DNA of 52,349 nucleotides from a virus. The stretch is taken from the IMG/VR virus record IMGVR_UViG_3300028898_000107; one strand, 5' to 3'. The notes beneath the pieces were generated by a model. The model was not told where the DNA came from. It worked only from the letters and a program-made list of their open reading frames with translations, and did not search any database. A program made the translations under genes and the position numbers. Shown here in pieces: positions 6,276-14,670 of the stretch; the stretch's first letter is position 1; every line of letters begins with the position of its first letter.

Positions 6276-7721
6276 TCAATCTTGAAGTTTCTTCAAGATG
6301 CTCTTCACCAGGTCAAACCCGTCTCGAACCGATCCCAGTATCCCCTCATCAACCGTACCCCTAGCCACCAGGTGGAGTAGGGACACTGATCCCCCACTCC
6401 TGGCGATCACTCGGGCCTTGGCCTGCTCATAGTCAATCCCGCTTTGGGTGTAGCTGTGGAAGATGAGGGTACGGGCTCGGCTCAGGTCAATTGAGATCCC
6501 CGCTCGCTGCTGTACCACACAGACGTCTGCTCGTCCGTTCATGAAGGCCTTCTTTGAATCCTCTCGCTCGGAGTTCTTCATCCCTCCCCGGATAGAAGTT
6601 GAGCTTCGTCCTTGTTTTTTCAACAGGCCCAGGATGGCGTCTAGCTCATACCGGAATTTGGCTATGATCACCAGGGGACAGTCCTTAGGGTACTCCTCCA
6701 GAAGCTCGGAAAGGGCGTCTAGGCGGTCCTTTCCTAGGGATTGGTTGTGGACTACAGAGCAGTCATCCGGATCTCTTAGAGGGAGGAATCCGCCTGCTAT
6801 CTGCTGTAGCCTAAGCGCCTGGGTTAGGATGATGGAGGCGGAGACTTCCTGATCTCTAACCATTGTCTTGAGCTCTTCCTCCATTTCCAGGTAGTGCCTC
6901 AGGGCGGGATTCGTCAGGTCGAAGTAGAAGTCCTGGACTTGCTCGACTGGAAAACCCCCCGCCTGCTCACGGTCCAGCATAAAGGCAACGGACTGGATCT
7001 TCTCGTTCATCTCCTCCAGCCGATGGAAGCTTGCCGGCTTGTGGCCTCCGAAACCCCATGACCTAACATACCGATTGAGGAATCCCTCCCCTTCGTGTTT
7101 ATCATACCGATCATGCCAGATGGTCCCGAAGATACTCGGATCAAGAAATTTGTATTGAGAGAAGGCATCTGTGGGCTTGGACATGAAGGAGCCGGTCAGT
7201 ATGTTGCGGTACTTCGCCCTTCTTCCTAGGGTATGTAAGGCCCCTGACTGTTTGGAAGCGTGGTTCTTAAACCGATGGGATTCATCCACGGTCACCATAC
7301 AGGGATTGGATTTGTAGAGCCACTTCTTGATACGCCAGGTGGCCTCCGGGTTCATGATCATGATATGTAACTTCCCAGGGATAGGCTTGAAGGACTTCAT
7401 GGAGAGCTTTCTCTCATCTGCCTTCCCCTCCAGGATGGTCACCTCGTGTGGAAGGTCTAGCGTTGCACGGATCTCATCTTTCCACACCTCCTTGGCAATA
7501 GAGGGACAGACCACAATCCACAGGTCAATCTGCTTTCTCTTTCTACGATAGCCCGCGACGGAGATGGCCACCCGAGTTTTCCCTAGGCGGGGGGCCATGA
7601 GTAATGCGAAGTTCGGGTGCTCGACCCCGAATTGAGCAGCTCGTAGCTGATAGCCCCGTAGAGTCCCTTTGATCCCGAACCTCTCTTGGACCCGCTTAGT
7701 CAGTGAGTGCTTTGGGGGCAT
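6276..7721 (-). CDS. SNF2-family DEAD/H helicase
   Basis: LRGYQL, MAPRLGKT (Walker A), TVDESHRFKN (DExH) and C-terminal helicase motifs. Start is uncertain (ATG 7721 or 7760). Confidence 0.85.
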   Translation of the reverse strand: MPPKHSLTKRVQERFGIKGTLRGYQLRAAQFGVEHPNFALLMAPRLGKTRVAISVAGYRRKRKQIDLWIVVCPSIAKEVWKDEIRATLDLPHEVTILEGKADERKLSMKSFKPIPGKLHIMIMNPEATWRIKKWLYKSNPCMVTVDESHRFKNHASKQSGALHTLGRRAKYRNILTGSFMSKPTDAFSQYKFLDPSIFGTIWHDRYDKHEGEGFLNRYVRSWGFGGHKPASFHRLEEMNEKIQSVAFMLDREQAGGFPVEQVQDFYFDLTNPALRHYLEMEEELKTMVRDQEVSASIILTQALRLQQIAGGFLPLRDPDDCSVVHNQSLGKDRLDALSELLEEYPKDCPLVIIAKFRYELDAILGLLKKQGRSSTSIRGGMKNSEREDSKKAFMNGRADVCVVQQRAGISIDLSRARTLIFHSYTQSGIDYEQAKARVIARSGGSVSLLHLVARGTVDEGILGSVRDGFDLVKSILKKLQD

Positions 7722-8031
7722 ACTTGGACCCGTGTTCTTTGAACCAAGCCTTAGCCTCATCTAGGGTCTTGAACTCTGCCTTGGTCATCTTAGCAGTCCA
7801 GGGACAGTTACCCCCGTGACTTCGCTCACGGTAATCCATCACCCGGATCTTGAGGGGTTTATGATTGCCGATCTTCACGTCCGGAGGATAGTACCCATCC
7901 TCACAGATGATATGACAGGCTGGGTGAGACTCTCCTCCGGAGTCTATCCAAGCTGCGAAGGGCCAGCCCCTCTGTTCAAAGGAACGATACTGACCTGTGG
8001 GCTTGGGAGACACCCTCCACACTAGTTTCAT
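7696..8031 (-). CDS. hypothetical protein
   Basis: GAGGAG precedes ATG 8031. ATGA coupling to the upstream gene. 111 aa. Confidence 0.65.
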   Translation of the reverse strand: MKLVWRVSPKPTGQYRSFEQRGWPFAAWIDSGGESHPACHIICEDGYYPPDVKIGNHKPLKIRVMDYRERSHGGNCPWTAKMTKAEFKTLDEAKAWFKEHGSKYAPKALTD

Positions 8032-8576
8032 GATAAGCTCCTCAGTAACTCCCGGATGGAGGAGGCTTCCTCTGGTGTCTCCCAAGCCCATCCTCCTTGA
8101 GGCTTCTCAGCATGTCCACGGAGGAGCTTACGGGCCTTTGCAGGCTCTATCCCCAGTTCCTCACAGATACCCGCCAGGGTAAGAGCTCCGGTGGCCCCTG
8201 TGCCCTTCATAGGCCTCTCGGGAGTTTCTTCCTCAAGGACCGTTCCCAGCCCCAGGAAGACCCGAAGTTCACGCTCGGCCTTAGGGCTCTTGGACAGTGT
8301 GGAATCCCACATGACCTGAGCCACTCGAAGCGGGTCCTGATTTATGGGAACGAGGGGGTAGTAGATCCTCTTGACCGCAGGGTCACTGACTTCACCCTCG
8401 TTGACTTTGTAGATCCGATACTCTCCCTCTTCTTTAGGGACCTTGATGACATCGATGATCCCGTCTTCCATGTTCAGGAAGAAAGATCCTGCGGCTCCCT
8501 CCCGAACCATCAGGTGGACCCGAGTCTTGTCCCTCATGAAGACTCTGGAGGTGAAGTTGAGCTTTAGGGCTCCCAT
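8028..8576 (-). CDS. hypothetical protein with the same C-terminal module as the 5017..5460 product
   Basis: AGGAG precedes ATG 8576. The C-terminus LTLAGICEELGIEPAKARKLLRGHAEKPQGGWAWETPEEASSIRELL aligns with IGLEALAKEFKTTPVALRRKLRNSEVSKPDSGVWAWKDGSRELAAVRKLL. Confidence 0.65.
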   Translation of the reverse strand: MGALKLNFTSRVFMRDKTRVHLMVREGAAGSFFLNMEDGIIDVIKVPKEEGEYRIYKVNEGEVSDPAVKRIYYPLVPINQDPLRVAQVMWDSTLSKSPKAERELRVFLGLGTVLEEETPERPMKGTGATGALTLAGICEELGIEPAKARKLLRGHAEKPQGGWAWETPEEASSIRELLRSLS

Positions 8577-8577
8577 G

Positions 8578-8784
8578 TTAGACTCCTGAGAGGCGGTCAT
8601 AGACATTGCGAGCGGTCAGGGGGTTGATCCCTACCGCGGAGGCAGTATGCTTCAACTCCTTCCGGCTCAGGTGATAAACGTTCATCACCATACGGATAGC
8701 ATCAGAGGCCCGGATCTTTTCCTCGATGGCCCGATCACGGAGTTGGTTGAAATAGCTCAGGGCTTCGGTGTGGATGTGTTTCAT
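8578..8784 (-). CDS. small hypothetical protein (possible HTH)
   Basis: First ORF after the promoter at 8824-8852. Leader AACCAACCAGGAGAActaacATG. 68 aa. Confidence 0.65.
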   Translation of the reverse strand: MKHIHTEALSYFNQLRDRAIEEKIRASDAIRMVMNVYHLSRKELKHTASAVGINPLTARNVYDRLSGV

Positions 8785-8823
8785 GTTAGTTCTCCTGGTT
8801 GGTTAGTAATGTACTACGGTTGA

Positions 8824-8852
8824 ATCTTAAGACAAAGGGGTAAGATTGTAAA
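8824..8852 (-). promoter_or_regulatory. sigma70-like promoter TTTACA-N17-TAAGAT
   Basis: Reverse complement is TTTACAatcttacccctttgtctTAAGAT. Intergenic. Confidence 0.65.
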
Positions 8853-8861
8853 TAGGTTCTC

Positions 8862-9092
8862 CTAGACAACGTTGTAACCGTTATGGGCCAGTGCGCCCAT
8901 CACGAATTGCTCTTGCTGTCCCAAACGAAATACCGGGGAGAATCGGTCATGTTTGTCCCCAGTCGCTGCGATAATGACAACGGTTGAGTTCAATCCTAAT
9001 TTAGAGATTACCGCTTCGGCCTCTTTAACAGCCCGACCATATGTAGCGTAGGACCGGCTATATCTTACGTCGATGTGATGAACCTTGCTCAT
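8862..9092 (-). CDS. hypothetical protein in a single-gene cassette
   Basis: 76 aa. Leader CATCAACCAACCAGGAGAAacgacATG. It has its own promoter upstream and the next promoter directly downstream. Confidence 0.7.
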   Translation of the reverse strand: MSKVHHIDVRYSRSYATYGRAVKEAEAVISKLGLNSTVVIIAATGDKHDRFSPVFRLGQQEQFVMGALAHNGYNVV

Positions 9093-9124
9093 GTCGTTTC
9101 TCCTGGTTGGTTGATGGTGTTTTC

Positions 9125-9153
9125 ATCTTAAGGAGATTAAAGGAGAAAGTAAA
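9125..9153 (-). promoter_or_regulatory. sigma70-like promoter TTTACT-N17-TAAGAT
   Basis: Reverse complement is TTTACTttctcctttaatctcctTAAGAT. It is preceded by the 23-nt block AAACTTCAAGATTGACCATTTAC, which is shared with the 6244-6272 promoter. Confidence 0.65.
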
Positions 9154-9182
9154 TGGTCAATCTTGAAGTTTTTCTTAAGCAC

Positions 9183-9204
9183 AAAAAACCGCCCCGAAGG
9201 GCGG
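9183..9204 (-). terminator. rho-independent terminator
   Basis: The minus strand reads CCGCCC-TTCG-GGGCGG followed by TTTTTT, 19 nt after the stop at 9223. Confidence 0.85.
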
Positions 9205-9222
9205 CTTATCTTGTTGAGGCGA

Positions 9223-9870
9223 TTAAGCCAGAGTGAGATCAGAGAGGGGGATCTCCCAAATATCCTCATCCACCTGAACATCGGCCATGTCATCAGTGAT
9301 ACCGGTGACCACACCTGATTGCTCGTTGCCCTCGTCATCCACGAAAGTGACGGAGGAGTCCACTTCGATGGATTTCTTGACCGTCTTCTTCTTAGGGGCA
9401 GGGGGTTTAGCCGCCGCTGCCGGTTTGACCTTGGGCTGAGTCTCTTCCTCACCTTCTTCCGGAAGGAAGAACTCGGCGGGCTTGGCCTTGGTCTTCCCTT
9501 CGTAGGTCTCATGGACCAGGGCTACCCCACACTGGAGACCAATGAGATCGGCAGGATCCAAGTCCATGGCCCCTTGCGGAACTTCCAGGCCCAGAGCCTC
9601 GAGGACCCCGCGAAGATTGAACAGGGCCTGTGGCTGCAGGGAGCAGTTGTGGTAGAAGACCTTCCCCTTGAACTTGTCGTGATCAACGACTTTGAACTTG
9701 AAGGACAGATAATCTGCCCCCGAGTTCTCGCTGGTCTTGACTTCTACCTCGTCCACTTCGGCGATGTAGTCCCCTTCATCGATGACCTGTTGGGACTCGG
9801 TGTCTGAGAAGTCCACCGAGATTCCCCTCTTGGCCCGATTTGCTGCTTGACGATTGCGAGGTGTTGCCAT
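9223..9870 (-). CDS. DUF669-type single-stranded DNA-binding protein candidate
   Basis: AAGGAG lies 7 nt before ATG 9870. VIDEGDYIAEVDEVEVKTSENSGADYLSFKFKV...GKVFYHN pattern, acidic C-terminus. Adjacent to the Sak4-like ATPase. Confidence 0.65.
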   Translation of the reverse strand: MATPRNRQAANRAKRGISVDFSDTESQQVIDEGDYIAEVDEVEVKTSENSGADYLSFKFKVVDHDKFKGKVFYHNCSLQPQALFNLRGVLEALGLEVPQGAMDLDPADLIGLQCGVALVHETYEGKTKAKPAEFFLPEEGEEETQPKVKPAAAAKPPAPKKKTVKKSIEVDSSVTFVDDEGNEQSGVVTGITDDMADVQVDEDIWEIPLSDLTLA

Positions 9871-9872
9871 CT

Positions 9873-10718
9873 TCATTCTCCTTTTCTAAGTTTACGTACT
9901 GCAGGTGATGGAGTTCCCTCCATCTGTTTTTTGAACTCTCCCTTCATAATGCTGATCAGAGAGTCATAGTGAGGGTCCTCCAGCACATCAGGAACATAGC
10001 TCCCTTTGGGCTGGCGAACCTTCGTATCGTAATAGGCATGAGGACCTAACCTCAGACAGTAGACTACCCTCCTGTCTATCTTTCCTCCCGCCAGTTTCTT
10101 GATCGATTCCTTGATGAATGTATTCCCGGTCAACTTGACACAGGCCGTGAGTACACTGGCCACAGAGGGCATGGTACGAGGACCGATGGACGGGGTGAGC
10201 TCTCCATCCTCTCCCTCCTCACCCTCATGGGCTCGGTCGTGGGCCAGGAAGACCACGTTGATCCCCCGCTCCACCAGGTCCCGATAGTTGATGATCCAGG
10301 TCTTGAGCTTTCCGGAGGCCTCGCCCCAGGTCTGCTTGGTTGGGGCGGGCTTTCCTTGCTCCTTCAAGGCCTGCTCTACGGCTATGTCCTGAAGCTGGGT
10401 GAGTACATCTATCACCACAGTCTTGTACTTATTCTCATCGCTGACCAGGTACCAATAGACTTCTTCGAAGTCCTTCCAGGACTGGATCGAGATGGTATCC
10501 ACATAGTCCAGGTCCGACACCGAGTCGGTGCCTTTCTCGCGAATATCCAGGTGCAGGATAGGCCCCGGGAATGAGCAGGCCAGTGTGGTCTTGCCTGTAC
10601 CAGCCCTTCCGTAGAATAGTGCAGCCAGGACCAAGCCCATACTAGAGACCGGTACCATTCGGTCTGAGATGCTACTTTTCGGAGCGGCGGGAGCCGCTCT
10701 CTTCACTAACCTCTTCAT
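9873..10718 (-). CDS. Sak4-like RecA-fold ATPase (AAA_24-like)
   Basis: AAGGAGA precedes ATG 10718. Walker A YGRAGTGKTT, Walker B VVIDVL. Start is uncertain (10763, 10718 or 10658). Confidence 0.7.
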   Translation of the reverse strand: MKRLVKRAAPAAPKSSISDRMVPVSSMGLVLAALFYGRAGTGKTTLACSFPGPILHLDIREKGTDSVSDLDYVDTISIQSWKDFEEVYWYLVSDENKYKTVVIDVLTQLQDIAVEQALKEQGKPAPTKQTWGEASGKLKTWIINYRDLVERGINVVFLAHDRAHEGEEGEDGELTPSIGPRTMPSVASVLTACVKLTGNTFIKESIKKLAGGKIDRRVVYCLRLGPHAYYDTKVRQPKGSYVPDVLEDPHYDSLISIMKGEFKKQMEGTPSPAVRKLRKGE

Positions 10719-11703
10719 CACTTTCTCCTTTGACAGTATACTCCAACTTACGGATGAACTCAACGTCCAGCCCCCGAACTTCTGCCTGACACAGATTGTA
10801 ATAGCTGCATCGGGAACAATCTTTGGTCAAATTCCTCACCGTGGCCTTGGGACCTAATGACCGGATCTCCGCGATAGAGAATAGCAGGTCTTTTACCAGG
10901 TTCTCCTCTAGGACCCGTGGGGGTGAAGGCAGCTTCACTCTTCGATAGAAGGAGTCCTCTTTTCCCCGAAGCGAGGAAGCAAATTCCTCATAGTTCGGTC
11001 GGGCCTTCTTCCCAAGAACTCGGTCCACCGTGGCCATATAAACCTCGTAGGTGGTATCAATCTTGGATGACTTACTCAGCTCTCCACTCTTTAGGGTCTC
11101 GGGGATGGTAGGAGCCTTCGTTCGAATGTAATCCCAAATGACTCCATCGGGCTTTGGATACCCCAGCTGTGGAAGAAGCCACCCATAGGTCACCAGTTGA
11201 AGGTCAGAGAATCGGGTAGCCTCATCCGGGATCTTCGAACAGGACTTGTGGTCCATCAGCCAATTGCGGCCCTCTTCATCTTGCGGATAAGCATCTATAT
11301 AGGAAACGAACTGAGTCTCGTGGTCTAGGTCCACTATCACCGGGATCTCAGTACGGACTCCCCTTCTTCTGATGGGGTAGACCAATCCGTCCTGAGAGTA
11401 GGCTTGAAGGTATCCCTCCATGATGACCTCTAGATCTCGTGGCAGATCCCCCAGCTCGGCTTTCTCCTCATTGAAGAGCTTGTTGTACTCGGACCGAAAC
11501 TTCTCCAAGGGAGCCCTCCAGTCCCTTCCTTCATGAAACTCCTCGATACACTCATGGATGGCTGTACCCATCCATAGAGGCTTGGACTTCTTGATTTTTC
11601 GAAGTCCCTGATAGTACCGATAGTGATGGGCCATTTGGCACCTTCTCCATAACTTGATGCGTGAGAAGGACACCTTTAGAACCTCTGGAAAGAAGATCTT
11701 CAT
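10672..11703 (-). CDS. PD-(D/E)xK exonuclease with Cas4-like Cys cluster
   Basis: N-terminal RRCQMAHHY plus C-terminal CSRCSYYNLC (4-Cys pattern). DAY...DHK core. Confidence 0.7.
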   Translation of the reverse strand: MKIFFPEVLKVSFSRIKLWRRCQMAHHYRYYQGLRKIKKSKPLWMGTAIHECIEEFHEGRDWRAPLEKFRSEYNKLFNEEKAELGDLPRDLEVIMEGYLQAYSQDGLVYPIRRRGVRTEIPVIVDLDHETQFVSYIDAYPQDEEGRNWLMDHKSCSKIPDEATRFSDLQLVTYGWLLPQLGYPKPDGVIWDYIRTKAPTIPETLKSGELSKSSKIDTTYEVYMATVDRVLGKKARPNYEEFASSLRGKEDSFYRRVKLPSPPRVLEENLVKDLLFSIAEIRSLGPKATVRNLTKDCSRCSYYNLCQAEVRGLDVEFIRKLEYTVKGESDEEVSEESGSRRSEK

Positions 11704-11730
11704 CTTTGATTCTCCCTAGTTGCAGACTTC

Positions 11731-11759
11731 ATTATAACCCAAATGGGTAGGAGTTAAAA
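11731..11759 (-). promoter_or_regulatory. candidate promoter TTTTAA-N17-TATAAT
   Basis: Reverse complement is TTTTAActcctacccatttgggtTATAAT, in the 50-nt gap between the polymerase and exonuclease genes. Confidence 0.4.
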
Positions 11760-14258
11760 CTCCCACTTCTCCCCAATACCCCATGGACCTACCTCAAAAT
11801 CCGCCACCAGGGGGACGGTCATCTTGATCTTGAATACCGTCAGCAGTTGAGGATCCTCCATGATACCTTTGACCTGGGGTATTATCTCACCTAAGTACTC
11901 CGTCCTGATCCACATGAGGATGGAGTCGTGGACCTCTCCCACAATCCTCAGTTGCTCCGGGTCGAAGGTGTCATGTATCTCCACCATGGCCATCGCCTTG
12001 AGGTCTCCTGACCCGAATCCTTGAACTGGACTGTTGATGGCCTGGCGCTCAGCCTCCTGTTGAATGGTCTTGTCAATACTATACACCCCTGGGAGTCTAC
12101 GCAGTCTTCCGCTTAGTGAGGCTACCTCTCCGAACAGTCTCACGGTTCTTCGCATCCTTTCGTGCCATGAGGACAAGGAGCTATAGACCTCAAAGAATCT
12201 CTCTCGGTATTTCTTGGACTGCTCATCGGAGAAGATCACTCCGTAGTTGTCTCGGGCATAATCCTTGAACTTCTTCCACCACATCCCATACAGGAAGCCG
12301 AAGTTGACGGGCTTGCCCATCTTCCGTTGTTCTTTGGTGAGCTTCCCGGGATCTATCCCTGTTATCTCAGAGGCGGTGGCGGAATGGATGTCTCCGCCAG
12401 TCTGGAAGATCATCATCATCCTTTGGTCTCCGGATAGCATGGCCGCTAGCCTCAGCTCTATTTGAGAATAGTCAGCTACCACCAGTGTCCACCCCGGAGG
12501 AGCGGTGATGTGGGACCTGATGGAGGGATCTCTCGGGACCTGGTGAAGTCGAGAGGCATAGCGCCCTGTGACCGTCCCATGCAGTTTTGTGGATAGGTAT
12601 AGGTATGGGCCGTGCATCAACTCCTTCCATCCGAGAACATAGGTGGATAGATTCTTCTCCACTCCTCGGATCTTCACCATCAACTCAGCCACAGGAGACT
12701 GGTCCTTTAGTCTCATCAGGACCGACTCCGAGGTGCTGGGCTCTCCCTTAGGAGTCTTTTCCAGAATGGGTAGTCCTAAGGCCTCAAACAAAAAGCCTCC
12801 TACTTGAGCAGGAGAACCCCAATTTACCTCATCAACTCCATTGTCCCTGGCGATCTCATTCAGCTCACAGAGCAATTCGTCTCTCTCATGGATGAGCCTC
12901 TTCTCGGTCTTACCCAGTAGAGAAAGATCCACATAGAGGCCATTGGCCTCGATACTCTCGAACATCCGGGCGGATCTCATGACCAGCTGATAGAACAGTC
13001 GGCGGAGGGAGTGGTTTTGAAGAATCCTCTTCCTGAAGATATAGTAGAGCTTTAGGGTCCAATAAACGTCTTCGCATCCGTAACGATAGAAGGGCTCCAG
13101 TTCACCTAGCCCCAATTTGGTTTTCAAGTCGACGTCGTAGGCCGGAGCATCGCATTCAGCTACGGCTACTTCCTTGAGCCCATGAGGGCTGTTCTCATCC
13201 AAGGTGTGATGGGCCAGCATCCCATCGAAGTCCAGGAAGAACTTTACTCCATAGACCTTAGTTAGCCACCGGTTGTCGAATTTCCCGTTCCAGGCTACCG
13301 CCTTGAGCTTTAGTTCCCTTTGAAGGTCCACTAAGGTTTCGATGAACATCCTCTGCTGAGAATGCTTTCCCTTCCATGGGGAGTCCCTAACCTCTAATGG
13401 GATGGAGAAGTTTCTCCCTGAAGCCAGTCCTATCTGAAGGGAGTTGATAGCGGACGGTCCTTCAAATCCTTCTCTACCAAACTTCACCTTAAAGCGAGGA
13501 GCATTCTCATCCAGTCCTGTGGTCTCACAGTCGAAGGAGAACTCAGGGCTCTGGGAAAACTCCTCGATGAAGGAGTTCCATTGTCCTAGAGTCCGGATGA
13601 CCTCGTAGTGTATCGGGTCTTGAACTAGGTTATCTCCTCTCACCAGCTTTCCAAATCTCATCAGATCTCCCCTAAGGGCCGGAAGCTTGCTGGGATCTCG
13701 TAGAGCCATGGCCGGATGGAAAGTGGGGAAGAGGGTGTAGCCGGGCTGTTCGATTGGCTGGCCATGTAGCTCGGTGATCTTCCCTTTATGGAGACTCTTG
13801 AGAGCACTCGCCCCTAGAGAGAGAATGAACTGAGGGGTAACGGAATGAATCTCCTTTGTCAGGTACTGCTTACACACCTTGAGCTCAGAGGCCGATGGGG
13901 AGCCCCCCTCCGGCGGCTTACACTTCACGGAATGGGTGATATAACAGTCGGATAGTTCTACCCCAGCCTCCTCTAGAAGCTCCCTTAGGAGCTTACCTGG
14001 CGGGCCTCCCATGAGCTTTCCTGTGGAGTCTGCTGCCTGAGTGGGGGCCTCTGTCACCACCATGACGCTAGCCCTTGCGGGACCTTGACCCCACATGCAG
14101 ACGGTCTCAGCGGACTCCCATAACCCACACTGGCTGCAGTTAGGGTCTCTCTCCTCAGTGTGACGAGTCAGACGTCTCTTGTTTGGTGAAGCATTCAACG
14201 ATGACTCCTGAGGACCGGAGGAGCTCAATACCTTCCGTTTTACGGTATGGGGTTTCAT
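11754..14258 (-). CDS. family-4 uracil-DNA-glycosylase domain fused to family A DNA polymerase (3'-5' exo + pol)
   Basis: N-terminus CSQCGL...MVVTEAP...KCKPP...TFHPA (UDG4-like). Then an exonuclease domain (FDCETTGL), followed by pol motifs DYSQIELR, RKMGKPVNFGFLYG and VHDS. Start is uncertain (ATG 14258, or TTG 14198 after AGGAG). Confidence 0.85.
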   Translation of the reverse strand: MKPHTVKRKVLSSSGPQESSLNASPNKRRLTRHTEERDPNCSQCGLWESAETVCMWGQGPARASVMVVTEAPTQAADSTGKLMGGPPGKLLRELLEEAGVELSDCYITHSVKCKPPEGGSPSASELKVCKQYLTKEIHSVTPQFILSLGASALKSLHKGKITELHGQPIEQPGYTLFPTFHPAMALRDPSKLPALRGDLMRFGKLVRGDNLVQDPIHYEVIRTLGQWNSFIEEFSQSPEFSFDCETTGLDENAPRFKVKFGREGFEGPSAINSLQIGLASGRNFSIPLEVRDSPWKGKHSQQRMFIETLVDLQRELKLKAVAWNGKFDNRWLTKVYGVKFFLDFDGMLAHHTLDENSPHGLKEVAVAECDAPAYDVDLKTKLGLGELEPFYRYGCEDVYWTLKLYYIFRKRILQNHSLRRLFYQLVMRSARMFESIEANGLYVDLSLLGKTEKRLIHERDELLCELNEIARDNGVDEVNWGSPAQVGGFLFEALGLPILEKTPKGEPSTSESVLMRLKDQSPVAELMVKIRGVEKNLSTYVLGWKELMHGPYLYLSTKLHGTVTGRYASRLHQVPRDPSIRSHITAPPGWTLVVADYSQIELRLAAMLSGDQRMMMIFQTGGDIHSATASEITGIDPGKLTKEQRKMGKPVNFGFLYGMWWKKFKDYARDNYGVIFSDEQSKKYRERFFEVYSSLSSWHERMRRTVRLFGEVASLSGRLRRLPGVYSIDKTIQQEAERQAINSPVQGFGSGDLKAMAMVEIHDTFDPEQLRIVGEVHDSILMWIRTEYLGEIIPQVKGIMEDPQLLTVFKIKMTVPLVADFEVGPWGIGEKWEF

Positions 14259-14670
14259 ATATCACCTTCTTGATTCCGGAGTTCCGGATGATTGATGCAC
14301 ACTGTATGCACGGAGCGTGAGTAGAATAGAGGGAATCTCCCAGCAGCGGAAGACGACCCCCTATCACTCGGACTAGGAAGTCCATGGCATCCGTATTATT
14401 GACCACCCCATACAGAGAATCCAGCTCTACTCCCAGGGCTGAGGCAATAGCATTCATCTCAGCATGTACGGTGGAAGTACATGGGCTCTGAGGATTGCAA
14501 ATATAAGGAGAGCAGTGAGGCAGTCCTCGAGGAGCTCCGCTATACCCTGAGCTTCGAATGGTCCTACCCTCTTTGGCCACTACAGCTCCCACATTAAGTC
14601 TCAGGCAGGTAGACCTCTTGGCAGCTTCCCTGGCCATTCCCATGAACATCTCCTCTCTGGAGATCCTCAT
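14155..14670 (-). CDS. dCMP deaminase
   Basis: Zinc motifs VHAEMNAI and PCIQCA. ATGA coupling to the ligase gene. Confidence 0.85.
   Translation of the reverse strand: MRISREEMFMGMAREAAKRSTCLRLNVGAVVAKEGRTIRSSGYSGAPRGLPHCSPYICNPQSPCTSTVHAEMNAIASALGVELDSLYGVVNNTDAMDFLVRVIGGRLPLLGDSLYSTHAPCIQCASIIRNSGIKKVIYETPYRKTEGIELLRSSGVIVECFTKQETSDSSH

Noticed and set aside
9123-9512. 129-aa alternative-frame ORF inside the DUF669 gene
   Set aside because: It is an Arg/Pro/Ser-rich out-of-frame translation that spans the terminator and promoter region.
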